Virus record (IMG/VR): IMGVR_UViG_3300001528_000621
Span: 64,001-128,000 of that record
Source of the DNA: a virus
Lineage: Duplodnaviria > Caudoviricetes
Length of the DNA stretch: 64,000 bases
Reading direction: 5' to 3' (one strand)
Each line of letters begins with the position of its first letter. Position 1 is the stretch's first letter. The notes below the pieces were generated by a model. That model saw nothing but the letters and a program-made list of their open reading frames with translations, was not told where the DNA came from and searched no databases. This document shows positions 10,341 to 17,855 of this stretch, in pieces. A program made the translations under genes and the position numbers.

Positions 10341-10473
10341 TAAAAGCGAGTTCTTAGTCTTGGTTCGAGTCCAAGCTGCGTCCTTCTCGAAAGGAATTCA
10401 AAAGCTTACAAAAATCAAATGTAGGTGGGGGCGTGGTAGTTTAGTTGTGTAGAGAACTGGGGACAAGTTTTTA
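10341..10473 (+). ncRNA. circularly permuted tRNA-like RNA (Y RNA/YrlA-like topology)
   Basis: long closing stem, then T-arm CTTGG-TTCGAGT-CCAAG, looped acceptor-like helix, then D-like arm. Confidence 0.6.
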
Positions 10474-10486
10474 GGAAAAATGGAAA

Positions 10487-10560
10487 GCACCTGTAGCTGA
10501 ATTGGTAAAGCACCAGCCTTTTAAGTTGTGTGATTGCGAGTTCGATCCTCGCCGGGTGCA
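10487..10560 (+). tRNA. tRNA-Lys(TTT)
   Basis: CAGC-CTTTTAA-GTTG. Confidence 0.85.
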
Positions 10561-10565
10561 CGAAA

Positions 10566-10640
10566 TCCTAGCTCTTGGGAGTTCGACTCTCCTTGCCGGC
10601 TTTCACGCCGATATTTACAGGACCGGTGCCTGTGCTAGGA
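10566..10640 (+). ncRNA. minimal circularly permuted tRNA-like RNA
   Basis: TCCTAGC/GCTAGGA closing stem, T-arm GGAG-TTCGACT-CTCC, capped acceptor-like hairpin, D-like arm ACAGG-ACCGGTG-CCTGT. Confidence 0.65.
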
Positions 10641-10643
10641 CAT

Positions 10644-10715
10644 GTCCGGATCATCTAATAGGTAGGATACTACCCTCTCAAGGTAGAAACCCGAGTTCGA
10701 TCCTCGGTCCGGATA
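10644..10715 (+). tRNA. tRNA-Glu(CTC)
   Basis: CTACC-CTCTCAA-GGTAG. Confidence 0.9.
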
Positions 10716-10719
10716 CAAT

Positions 10720-10795
10720 TTAGTCTTCGTTCAGTTGGTCAAGGACATTTCTTTTACAAAGAAAAGATTTAGCAGTTCGAATCTGCTAGACCCTA
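10720..10795 (+). tRNA. tRNA-Val(TAC), outer acceptor stem mismatched
   Basis: TTTCT-TTTACAA-AGAAA; acceptor TTAGTCT vs AGACCCT. Confidence 0.7.
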
Positions 10796-10800
10796 CAAAA

Positions 10801-10944
10801 GCTTTACTAGAGGTTAAGAGCTAGTCACTGGGGGACAAAAGAATAAGCTACGAAAAGAGTCGTCCGGAGACTCTAACAAGCTAGATCTTTTTTAGAACAG
10901 TGGCCGTAGACCTTTAATTCAACGTATGGTAAGAAAGGTAAAGC
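10801..10944 (+). ncRNA. structured ncRNA, unknown class
   Basis: terminal GCTTTAC/GTAAAGC; GTCACTG/CAGTGGC; AGAGTC/GACTCT hairpin. Confidence 0.5.
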
Positions 10945-10950
10945 TAATTT

Positions 10951-11038
10951 ACCCTGATGGTGAAACTGGTAGCCACCCTGGACTTAGGATCCAGTGCGAA
11001 GTAATAATAGCGTGAGGGTTCGAATCCCTCTCAGGGTA
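10951..11038 (+). tRNA. tRNA-Leu(TAG)
   Basis: CTGGA-CTTAGGA-TCCAG; long variable arm. Confidence 0.95.
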
Positions 11039-11146
11039 CAGCATCTAAAAGTAAATACTTTTGTGAATTAGCTACCTAGTTAGGAAGCTTCAGTAGCGTG
11101 GAAGATCGGAACGGCCGCCAGGCAACAGAAAGAGCCGCCGACACTT

Positions 11147-11235
11147 GGGAGTGCAGCGACGATGGCGGTGTCGTGCGAGACTGTAAATCTCGTCCTTAAC
11201 GGTAAACATTGCTGGTTCGAATCCAGCCGCTCCCA
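11147..11235 (+). tRNA. tRNA-Tyr(GTA)
   Basis: CGAGA-CTGTAAA-TCTCG; long variable arm. Confidence 0.9.
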
Positions 11236-11342
11236 CAAAGCTATTCTCGCGATACGTTGGTAATCATCTGAAATTGATGTTTCGTAACTACGTAAAGTGA
11301 GTGTGAAGAAGGGACGGTTGAAACAGTCCTAGTTTTTATGAA

Positions 11343-11999
11343 ATGAGATATTGTAAGTATTGTGGAAGGGAAATTGTAGAGGAGAAACACTACAAAGCCT
11401 GTCCTGAATGTAAAAACTATCTTAAGTTACCTTTGTATAGAAAATTAGGATTAGAAACAGGTTCGCTGAAGGAGAGGTATGAAAAATCTTTAGAGATACT
11501 AAAAGATTTGTATTTCAATCAAAAATTAAGTTCTCTAGATATTTGGAAAAGAACAGGAGTAAATTTTCGGACAATGCGTGATTTATTCCAGGAAAATGGA
11601 TTACATACAAGAAATTTTAGCGAGGGGGCTTTGACAGCAATAGCTGAGGGACGTTTACATCTTGGTTCAAATACGAAGTACAAGCACGGCTGGCATACGA
11701 CTTGGGAAGGAATTCAAGTCTACTATAGAAGTTCTTACGAATTAAAGTTTGCAAAGAAGCTTGATTCCGAAAAGATTCCGTATAGAATGGAATTTCTAAA
11801 AATTAAGTATTGGGACACAGAGAAGAATACAGAAAGGACAGCAATTCCGGACTTTTATCTACCAGATACAAAAGAGATTGTAGAGGTAAAGAGTTCTTAT
11901 ACATACAAAAAGCAGGAAATGAAAGATAAGTTTAGTTCATATAGAAAATTGGGATACAAACCCAAGCTACTATTAGGTTCCCAATTTGTTCCATTATAA
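11343..11999 (+). CDS. free-standing PD-(D/E)XK (TnsA-like) endonuclease, probable homing endonuclease
   Basis: YRSSYE, PDFYLP...IVEVKS; N-terminal CxxC pairs; lies within tRNA array. Confidence 0.7.
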   Translation: MRYCKYCGREIVEEKHYKACPECKNYLKLPLYRKLGLETGSLKERYEKSLEILKDLYFNQKLSSLDIWKRTGVNFRTMRDLFQENGLHTRNFSEGALTAIAEGRLHLGSNTKYKHGWHTTWEGIQVYYRSSYELKFAKKLDSEKIPYRMEFLKIKYWDTEKNTERTAIPDFYLPDTKEIVEVKSSYTYKKQEMKDKFSSYRKLGYKPKLLLGSQFVPL

Positions 12000-12004
12000 T
12001 ATTT

Positions 12005-12075
12005 GGTTCCGTAGTTCAAAGGAAGAACATGAGACTGTTAATCTTAAGATCGGATATCGTGATTCCGCGGGACCG
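12005..12075 (+). tRNA. tRNA-Asn(GTT), atypical T-loop
   Basis: TGAGA-CTGTTAA-TCTTA; T-loop ATCGTGA. Confidence 0.8.
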
Positions 12076-12107
12076 CACAACCGAACAAAATACAATATCA
12101 TTGGTGT

Positions 12108-12184
12108 AGCTCCATAGCTTAGCGGTTAGAGCTCAAGCTAGCATTTCCAAGTCCAGCGACGTAGGTTCGAATCTTACTGGAGCA
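12108..12184 (+). ncRNA. tRNA-like RNA with disrupted anticodon arm
   Basis: acceptor GCTCCA/TGGAGC with canonical D and T arms; anticodon arm does not pair normally. Confidence 0.6.
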
Positions 12185-12202
12185 GCTATTTTATTTTGGT
12201 TA

Positions 12203-12265
12203 GAAGTCATGCATGGATGCAGCCGGCCCAGATGCGCTGGTAGCGGGTTCGATTCCCAACACTTC
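12203..12265 (+). ncRNA. degenerate, miniaturised tRNA-like RNA
   Basis: GAAGT/ACTTC ends, GCCGGC/GCTGGT stem, GGG-TTCGATT-CCC. Confidence 0.45.
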
Positions 12266-12266
12266 G

Positions 12267-12337
12267 GACTCTATAGCTCAGTCAGGGCAGAGCAAGCACA
12301 GTTAGCTATGTCGTAGGTTCGAATCCTACTAGAGTCG
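12267..12337 (+). ncRNA. tRNA-like RNA with shortened anticodon stem
   Basis: perfect acceptor, D and T arms; AGC-ACAGTTA-GCT gives only 3 bp. Confidence 0.65.
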
Positions 12338-12344
12338 CTAAATT

Positions 12345-12416
12345 GGTTCCATAGGTCAACGGTTAGACTAAGTGCCTCTTAAGCATTGGATCCGGATTCG
12401 AATTCCGGTGGGACCA
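12345..12416 (+). tRNA. tRNA-Lys(CTT)
   Basis: AGTGC-CTCTTAA-GCATT. Confidence 0.9.
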
Positions 12417-12425
12417 CAAAATTTT

Positions 12426-12502
12426 GGTGCATGGGTCTGCATGGAGTGGACGCCTGACTGTCACTCAGGAGATACAGATGGGTTCAATTCCCATATGCAC
12501 CG
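12426..12502 (+). tRNA. tRNA-Asp(GTC)
   Basis: CCTGA-CTGTCAC-TCAGG. Confidence 0.9.
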
Positions 12503-12532
12503 CACATTTCGGGATACAGAATATATAAAATT

Positions 12533-12607
12533 CGAGAAGTGCGCCAGAGGTCTACGCGGCTGGTTTTGGGAACCAGATTTTCGTGAGTTCGAATCTCACC
12601 TTCTCGA
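12533..12607 (+). tRNA. tRNA-Pro(TGG)
   Basis: CTGGT-TTTGGGA-ACCAG. Confidence 0.9.
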
Positions 12608-12642
12608 CTATTTTTTCAAGAAAGCGGTTCGAGTTACTATTT

Positions 12643-12715
12643 GGGTCCTTAGTGATAACGGCCAGCACGGTAGCTTTGCAAGCTTCAGGTAGGAGTTCGA
12701 TTCTCCTAGGATCCA
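12643..12715 (+). tRNA. tRNA-Ala(TGC)
   Basis: loop TTTGCAA; G3:U70 present. Confidence 0.9.
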
Positions 12716-12722
12716 CAAAAAT

Positions 12723-12794
12723 GCCCGGTTGTTGTAACGGATAGCAGACAAGTCTTCGAAACTTAGGGTCCGGGTTCGAATCCTGGACCGGGCA
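12723..12794 (+). tRNA. tRNA-Arg(TCG)
   Basis: AAGT-CTTCGAA-ACTT. Confidence 0.9.
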
Positions 12795-12795
12795 C

Positions 12796-12915
12796 AAAGA
12801 CTACTAACTATGGATAACCGGGTTAGAGTTGCTGAAATCAGAAATCGAGGGCCCTTCTCGACATTAATACTTAAGGGTTTCATGGCGGTTGCGCCAGGTA
12901 GGTTGTGTAGTCTTT
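12796..12915 (+). ncRNA. long interrupted-hairpin ncRNA, unknown class
   Basis: nested AAGACTAC/GTAGTCTT, TAACCG/CGGTTG, TGAAATC/GGTTTCA, TCGAG/CTCGA. Confidence 0.5.
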
Positions 12916-12928
12916 TTTATTTTGAAAA

Positions 12929-13291
12929 ATGGTTGGGGAAATAAGGATATTTGCAGGAACTTCTATACCGGAAGGATGGCTTTTATGTGACGGAAGCTAC
13001 TTAGATTCAAACGCATATTTAGCTTTGTTTTCTGTAATTGGAAACACTTTTGGAGGAAAGTCTGGAAAATTTAGAATACCAGAACTTAAAGGCCCGGTTG
13101 ATGATGTTACAGCTAAGCTGAAGACTTCTGTAAACGGAATGGATGCTAATCACGACGTCGTTGTAACCCTAAATCAGAACAAAAATTTAAGATACATTAT
13201 ACAATTTAAGGAAGAGGGATTGAATGTTGTTCAAAAAGCAGAGGTTCAAGCAATGATTGATGCTTCCGCTCAGACAGTTCCTGAATCTTAG
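12929..13291 (+). CDS. phage tail collar domain protein
   Basis: GEIRIFAG...P.GWLLCDGS......Y.ALFSVIG.TFGG. Confidence 0.85.
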   Translation: MVGEIRIFAGTSIPEGWLLCDGSYLDSNAYLALFSVIGNTFGGKSGKFRIPELKGPVDDVTAKLKTSVNGMDANHDVVVTLNQNKNLRYIIQFKEEGLNVVQKAEVQAMIDASAQTVPES

Positions 13292-13299
13292 AAAAATAT

Positions 13300-13373
13300 G
13301 GTGGATGTGGCCGAACGGTTTAGGCACCACACTGTGGATGTGGTTCATGCGAGTTCGAATCTCGTCATTCACC
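13300..13373 (+). tRNA. tRNA-His(GTG)
   Basis: CCACA-CTGTGGA-TGTGG; encoded G-1 and C73. Confidence 0.95.
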
Positions 13374-13378
13374 CACTG

Positions 13379-13530
13379 CTACGCTATGTCCGTGTGAAAG
13401 GCGTAGGACCCTTGCGTGTTACGGGTACGGCGAAGGGTTCGGTGAGTTGAACAAGGCGTAAGCTCAGAAGAGCTGGGAAAACTCATGGTAGAGGTACCGA
13501 ACGTTTTTTGGCTGAAAGCCTCTACGACCG
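13379..13530 (+). ncRNA. multi-stem structured ncRNA, unknown class
   Basis: CTACGCT/GGCGTAG, GACCCTT/AAGGGTT, AGCTC/GAGCT, GTAGAGG/CCTCTAC stems between two tRNAs. Confidence 0.55.
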
Positions 13531-13602
13531 GCTGAGTTAGTTAAGTAGGAAGAACACTACTGTGGTATAGTAGAGACGCCAGTTCGATTCTGACACTCAG
13601 CT
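13531..13602 (+). tRNA. tRNA-Thr(GGT)
   Basis: CTACT-GTGGTAT-AGTAG. Confidence 0.85.
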
Positions 13603-13616
13603 CTAATTTAATATCT

Positions 13617-14438
13617 ATGGAACTTTGGGAAAGATTTTGGAATAGTTTTGTACAAAGTGGACCTGTTCAACATATGAAATTTCACGAATACGATCGAATA
13701 GGTAACTATTTTGGAGGAAATATACCAGAAGACGTGACAGAGTCTTTTTTTGCAGATAAATACGGAAGAAGGGACCTAGTTCTTGAAAATCTTCAAAGTC
13801 ACGATGCAAAAGGACTGGTTGAGAGAATTAAAGAGCTTTTAGGAAAAGAAACAATTCGGTACGTAGAATTTCCACATAGAACAGGAGAGAAGGTTTACAT
13901 TGAACTCACCATAGCTTCACCAGAGCTGGTAAAGAGTGTTGTTAGTTCTGAAAAGTTTCAAAAACTAATTAAGTTCTATAATTACACTTTAGATCAGGTA
14001 GCAGGATCAAAAATTTCTCTTGAACCTAATTTTCCTAAAGTTCTAGACATTCCTGACGGAGCTTGGATCTATCATCTCGTTTGGTCAAAAGCTGTAACAG
14101 GTACAAGACCTGGATCAATCTCAATGGTAGATTCAATATTGAAGAACGGGCTTAGACCCAAAGATCACAACCAGTACAGATCCTACGGGGATAGTAAGGT
14201 TTTTGGATGGTACTTTGGAACAACTAGAAGATTCGAGGTTCTTGAAAAACTTAGAAAAGGTAGCGAAGAGCTTGGATTTGAACAAGAACATTGGGACAAA
14301 AACGAGGTGATTGTTTTAGGTATTAGAAACAGTAGAAACTTCAAGTGGTACCAAGATTCAGCAATGTATTCAGAGGGAGCTTGTTTTTCATATGATTTTA
14401 TACCTCCGCAATTCATTTCAAAAGTCTATCCAAAATAG
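13617..14438 (+). CDS. putative ADP-ribosyltransferase/Tpt1(KptA)-fold protein, paralog 1
   Basis: IYH...ILKNGLRPK...WYQD...IPPQFI; shares ENLQSHD with 20628 and 21608. Confidence 0.5.
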   Translation: MELWERFWNSFVQSGPVQHMKFHEYDRIGNYFGGNIPEDVTESFFADKYGRRDLVLENLQSHDAKGLVERIKELLGKETIRYVEFPHRTGEKVYIELTIASPELVKSVVSSEKFQKLIKFYNYTLDQVAGSKISLEPNFPKVLDIPDGAWIYHLVWSKAVTGTRPGSISMVDSILKNGLRPKDHNQYRSYGDSKVFGWYFGTTRRFEVLEKLRKGSEELGFEQEHWDKNEVIVLGIRNSRNFKWYQDSAMYSEGACFSYDFIPPQFISKVYPK

Positions 14439-14446
14439 GTAAAAAA

Positions 14447-14519
14447 GCTCTTTTCGTCTAGTGGACTAGGACATCTCATTCGTAACGAGAAAACGACTTT
14501 TCGAGTAAGTCAAGGAGCT
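14447..14519 (+). tRNA. tRNA-Thr(CGT)
   Basis: TCTCA-TTCGTAA-CGAGA. Confidence 0.8.
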
Positions 14520-14579
14520 CTAAATCTAATTTGAATATTCAACTTCTCTAATTATCTTTAGAAAGAAGTTAGAAGATAT

Positions 14580-14651
14580 GCAGTGTTAGTATAACGGTTA
14601 GTACGCTAGCTTGCCATGCTAGAGATATCGGTTCGATTCTGGTACGCTGCT
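14580..14651 (+). tRNA. tRNA-Gly(GCC)
   Basis: CTAGC-TTGCCAT-GCTAG. Confidence 0.95.
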
Positions 14652-14708
14652 CTAAAAGTATACCTATAATTTTGAATAATAGGTTATTTTACCTATAATT
14701 TAGAAAAA

Positions 14709-14780
14709 GGCCGTGTTAGTGAGAGGTTTAGCTGCTGGTCTGCAAAACCAGTTACACCGGTTCGAATCCGGTCACGGCTT
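14709..14780 (+). tRNA. tRNA-Cys(GCA)
   Basis: CTGGT-CTGCAAA-ACCAG; U73. Confidence 0.95.
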
Positions 14781-14812
14781 CTCAGATACAGGAAACTATT
14801 TAAAAGTAATAA

Positions 14813-14884
14813 GCGGATATAGCACAATGGTTAGTGCTCAAGTCTTCCAAACTTGAGATGTTGGTTCGATTCCGATTATCCGCT
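14813..14884 (+). tRNA. tRNA-Gly(TCC)
   Basis: CAAGT-CTTCCAA-ACTTG. Confidence 0.95.
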
Positions 14885-14905
14885 CAAATTGAAATCAAAC
14901 TTACA

Positions 14906-15109
14906 ATGGATAAAAGTACCAGAAAGTTTCTTAAGGTTTTGACAATCTTTATTCTAGGATTTGTAGCTCTCGTTACTAATGTTGAAATTTGGAACGTAGC
15001 TTATCTAGGACATTCAGATGGTTTTCACGTGTTTATGTCTATCATAAATTTCCTTTTTGAAGGAACAGTAATTTATTTCATTGCTAAGTCGTGGCTACCG
15101 GACAAGTAG
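14906..15109 (+). CDS. small two-TM membrane protein
   Basis: ATG after tRNA-Gly; two hydrophobic segments. Confidence 0.65.
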   Translation: MDKSTRKFLKVLTIFILGFVALVTNVEIWNVAYLGHSDGFHVFMSIINFLFEGTVIYFIAKSWLPDK

Positions 15110-15121
15110 AAGATCTTTAAT

Positions 15122-15198
15122 AGGGTCGTATCTCCTCTGCCTGATAAGCAGTTGAAAGAGTAGTCGGTTACACGTGAGTTCAAATCTCACCGACCCTA
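15122..15198 (+). tRNA. non-canonical tRNA-Ile(GAT): no D-arm, D-loop-like segment 3' of the anticodon arm
   Basis: AGGGTCG/CGACCCT acceptor, A73, CTGC-CTGATAA-GCAG, GTGAG-TTCAAAT-CTCAC. Confidence 0.75.
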
Positions 15199-15240
15199 CT
15201 AACAACACACTGTATCGGAGTTGTCTTATATTTTTAGTTT

Positions 15241-15753
15241 ATGAAAAAGAAATATAGTTGTATAAATGGTGTTTCTTCGTGGAGCGAAGGTATAAAGAAC
15301 AACTCACCGGTAGGTATAGTGGTTAGTCCTAAAAAGACACTATTGTCTGAAGGAATTCAATTTGAACCTTCTTCAAACAAAAAAGGAGGGGTAATTGTTT
15401 TTTCTACGGACATAAATGCTGTAGAGCTTTCACCGAATAAACTTAGAAATTGGATCAAGCAAAAGATCTTTACACTCAGGAACAGGTTAAGAACTACAAA
15501 AATGCTTGATCTGATAGTAGGTAGAAGTTCGGATAGGATAGAAGGATGGACGATAGGACACTACTTTGATGGACGCTACAGAGCGAAGAATGGAAACACT
15601 TTTGGAGAAAAGTCTTTATCTCTTGAAATTATAGGTATTGAGTTTAATGCTCTACTTAAAATCGCAGAGGAGATTTGTAAGGAGTTTAAGCAAGAGAGTG
15701 TTCTTCTTCGAGATTTTTCAACAGGAAGAATTTTGTTTGTAGATCCTAATTAA
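15241..15753 (+). CDS. hypothetical protein
   Basis: 170-aa ORF; C-terminal FKQESVL. Confidence 0.7.
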   Translation: MKKKYSCINGVSSWSEGIKNNSPVGIVVSPKKTLLSEGIQFEPSSNKKGGVIVFSTDINAVELSPNKLRNWIKQKIFTLRNRLRTTKMLDLIVGRSSDRIEGWTIGHYFDGRYRAKNGNTFGEKSLSLEIIGIEFNALLKIAEEICKEFKQESVLLRDFSTGRILFVDPN

Positions 15754-15763
15754 AAGAATATAC

Positions 15764-15840
15764 GCGTCGGTATGCAAACTGGATAAGCGGATAGTCTCCA
15801 AAACTATTTTGTGTGGGTTCGAATCCTACCCGGCGTGCCA
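15764..15840 (+). tRNA. tRNA-Trp(CCA)
   Basis: ATAGT-CTCCAAA-ACTAT; encoded CCA end. Confidence 0.9.
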
Positions 15841-15846
15841 AATTAT

Positions 15847-15920
15847 TGCTCTCTGGTGTAACGGCTAACATACCACGCTCTGAACGTGCGAGACTTCAAG
15901 TTCGAATCTTGAGAGAGCAA
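15847..15920 (+). tRNA. tRNA-Gln(CTG)
   Basis: CACG-CTCTGAA-CGTG; U1:A72. Confidence 0.9.
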
Positions 15921-16091
15921 CTCACTATTTTCTATTTATTTCTATATTAGAGGAAAATGGAAAATTGTCAGAGATCAGTAGAAGATCAGATTATATTTCA
16001 ATTCTATAACATTAAAGAATATTCTTCAGGAAGTTTAGAAGAACATCAGAAATCTTCTATATCTTTATGTTGTTGAAATAAAAAGAACAAT

Positions 16092-16164
16092 TGAGGTGTC
16101 GTCCAACGGTTAGGACTTCAGACTTTGACTCTGGCAATGGCGTGTTCGAATCACCCCACCTCAA
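16092..16164 (+). tRNA. tRNA-Gln(TTG)
   Basis: TCAGA-CTTTGAC-TCTGG. Confidence 0.9.
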
Positions 16165-16176
16165 CTAAGAGTAAGC

Positions 16177-17162
16177 ATGAGAAATTCTTTACAAGAACAC
16201 ATACACATTACCTACCTACTAAGGGAGGTTGAAGAACGGTTTCTCACCGAAGAGCATGGTTATGTTCCGGAACTAGATAACTACCTTCAATGCTTTAGAG
16301 AAGCTTTACCCGAAAAATATACTCCTGGTAAAGTTTTTACGATTGAAGATAATGCTTTTCAGTCAATCTCGAATTTATTTTTTAAAGACATAACAATTCA
16401 GGTTGGAGTAACCTATTCAGAGAGTGCTACTAATACATTTCCTCAAGGAAGGTACTTAGCAGACAAAGCGTTCTTTTATAAAAAAGAAAAAAAGCTACTC
16501 TATCCGGTCATAGTTCTGCTATATGTTACAAACTCCGGAGCAGAAGTAGAGGATAAGTTGGTAGAATCATTTGCACATGAACTTACTCACTGTTACGAAG
16601 ATTATCAAAGAGGATTAAAAAACTCTGATTCGCTCAGCGACACAGTTACTCAAGGATATGCATCGTGCATACAGTACGGAAAAGATGCTCAACCTTCAGA
16701 AAAGATATTAAAAAGTATACTATATTTTCTAAATAAACAAGAACAGCATGCTTATGTTGGAGAATTAAAAGCTGCACTACAGAAAGGAACAGTAGAAGAG
16801 TTAAGAAGCTCTGAAGAAGTTTTTGATTTGCTAAAGAATTCATTTTTTACAAAAATTATAGAATTGTAGAAAAGTACATGGGTCGAATTCAAGCAGAGCA
16901 ATTTAAAGACAATACAAAGCATAACATGCTTCGAAAGTTTCAAGAAATTTATCCAAATAATAGGAAAATTAGGAACTTTCATGAACTTTCTAAACTGCTT
17001 GTTTCTATGTGGGAAAGATGGGATAGAAAATTTAAAAACTCTATCGGAAAAATAGCTTTCGATATTTATTCAGACAAAGTAGGTAAAGAAAAGATATACA
17101 AAGATCCAGGATTAGAAGATCTTCTTGAAAATTACTGGACCAATGTAATAGAAGTTGTGTAG
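16177..17162 (+). pseudogene. HExxH (zincin-like) protein split by a frameshift at a T6 run (16843-16848)
   Basis: FAHELTHCYE...EQHAY; one extra T joins ORFs 16177 and 16878 colinearly with paralog 17946. Confidence 0.7.
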
Positions 17163-17176
17163 TAGTTGTTTTTAAT

Positions 17177-17249
17177 GTCCGCGTCATCTAACTGGTTAGG
17201 ATCCGGGATTTTCAGTCCCGTTATCCCGGTTCGAATCCGGGCGTGGATA
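17177..17249 (+). tRNA. tRNA-Glu(TTC)
   Basis: CGGGA-TTTTCAG-TCCCG. Confidence 0.9.
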
Positions 17250-17261
17250 CAAATAGAGGAT

Positions 17262-17335
17262 GGCCTCGTGACGCAACAGGTAGACGTGTTTGATTCAAAA
17301 TCAAAATTTTGAGGGCTCGAATCCCTCCGAGACTA
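17262..17335 (+). tRNA. tRNA-Leu(CAA), short variable loop
   Basis: TTTGA-TTCAAAA-TCAAA; Leu-type D-loop, no long V-arm, T-loop CTCGAAT. Confidence 0.8.
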
Positions 17336-17348
17336 CAACATACAACAT

Positions 17349-17422
17349 TGCGGGATGGACAGGAGAGGTTCCTGCTCGGTCTCATAAGCCGAATGACGGG
17401 GGTTCGAATCCCTCTCCCGCAA
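17349..17422 (+). tRNA. tRNA-Met(CAT), initiator-like
   Basis: TGCGGGA/TCCCGCA; TCGGT-CTCATAA-GCCGA. Confidence 0.85.
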
Positions 17423-17759
17423 CAAGAAGAGGTCCGGCCGAAAAAAGGGCCGCCCAGGCCGGGTAGCTTCTTCGCCAATTACATTCTCTCTTAAAGGAGA
17501 AGATAGTTTTCCTTAGGTAAAACCAAGATTAAATCTTACCTTTAAGAAAGATATAAGAAATGTATTAGCCTTAGTTTTCCTAAGGATTTTTAGATTAGAA
17601 GGAGCTTGAGTATTTGGGTTGTTTTCGAAGAGAGCTTCGTCACTAGGTAAAGCTAACTTGGTGATTTTTGGATAGAAAGCATACAAAACTTTCGAATGCT
17701 GATGGTACCTAGCTTCGACGTGTAGGTAAGTTAGGGAGAGGCCTTTTAGCCTACAAAAC

Positions 17760-17846
17760 GGAGAGTAATGCTGAACGGTGACAGCAGCTGCCTGCTAAGC
17801 AGTTTGTACTCTTTTTAGGTATGTGGTTCGATCCCACTGCTCTCCG
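17760..17846 (+). tRNA. tRNA-Ser(GCT)
   Basis: GCTGC-CTGCTAA-GCAGT; long V-arm; G73. Confidence 0.9.
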
Positions 17847-17855
17847 CGCTCTTAA

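Noticed and set aside
11071-11145. SRP (4.5S) RNA
   Set aside because: A GC-rich stem is present but the conserved CAGG-GNRA-AGCA domain IV pattern is not properly formed; left unclassified.
17425-17480. GC-rich hairpin after tRNA-Met as an HDV-like theta ribozyme
   Set aside because: CCGGCC/GGCCGG pairs, but I could not build the P2/P3/P1.1 nested double pseudoknot.
10502-17494. ORF-track entries 10502, 12372, 12552, 12608, 13187, 17221, 17309 and the 5' part of 14834
   Set aside because: They overlap tRNA genes and are translation artefacts.
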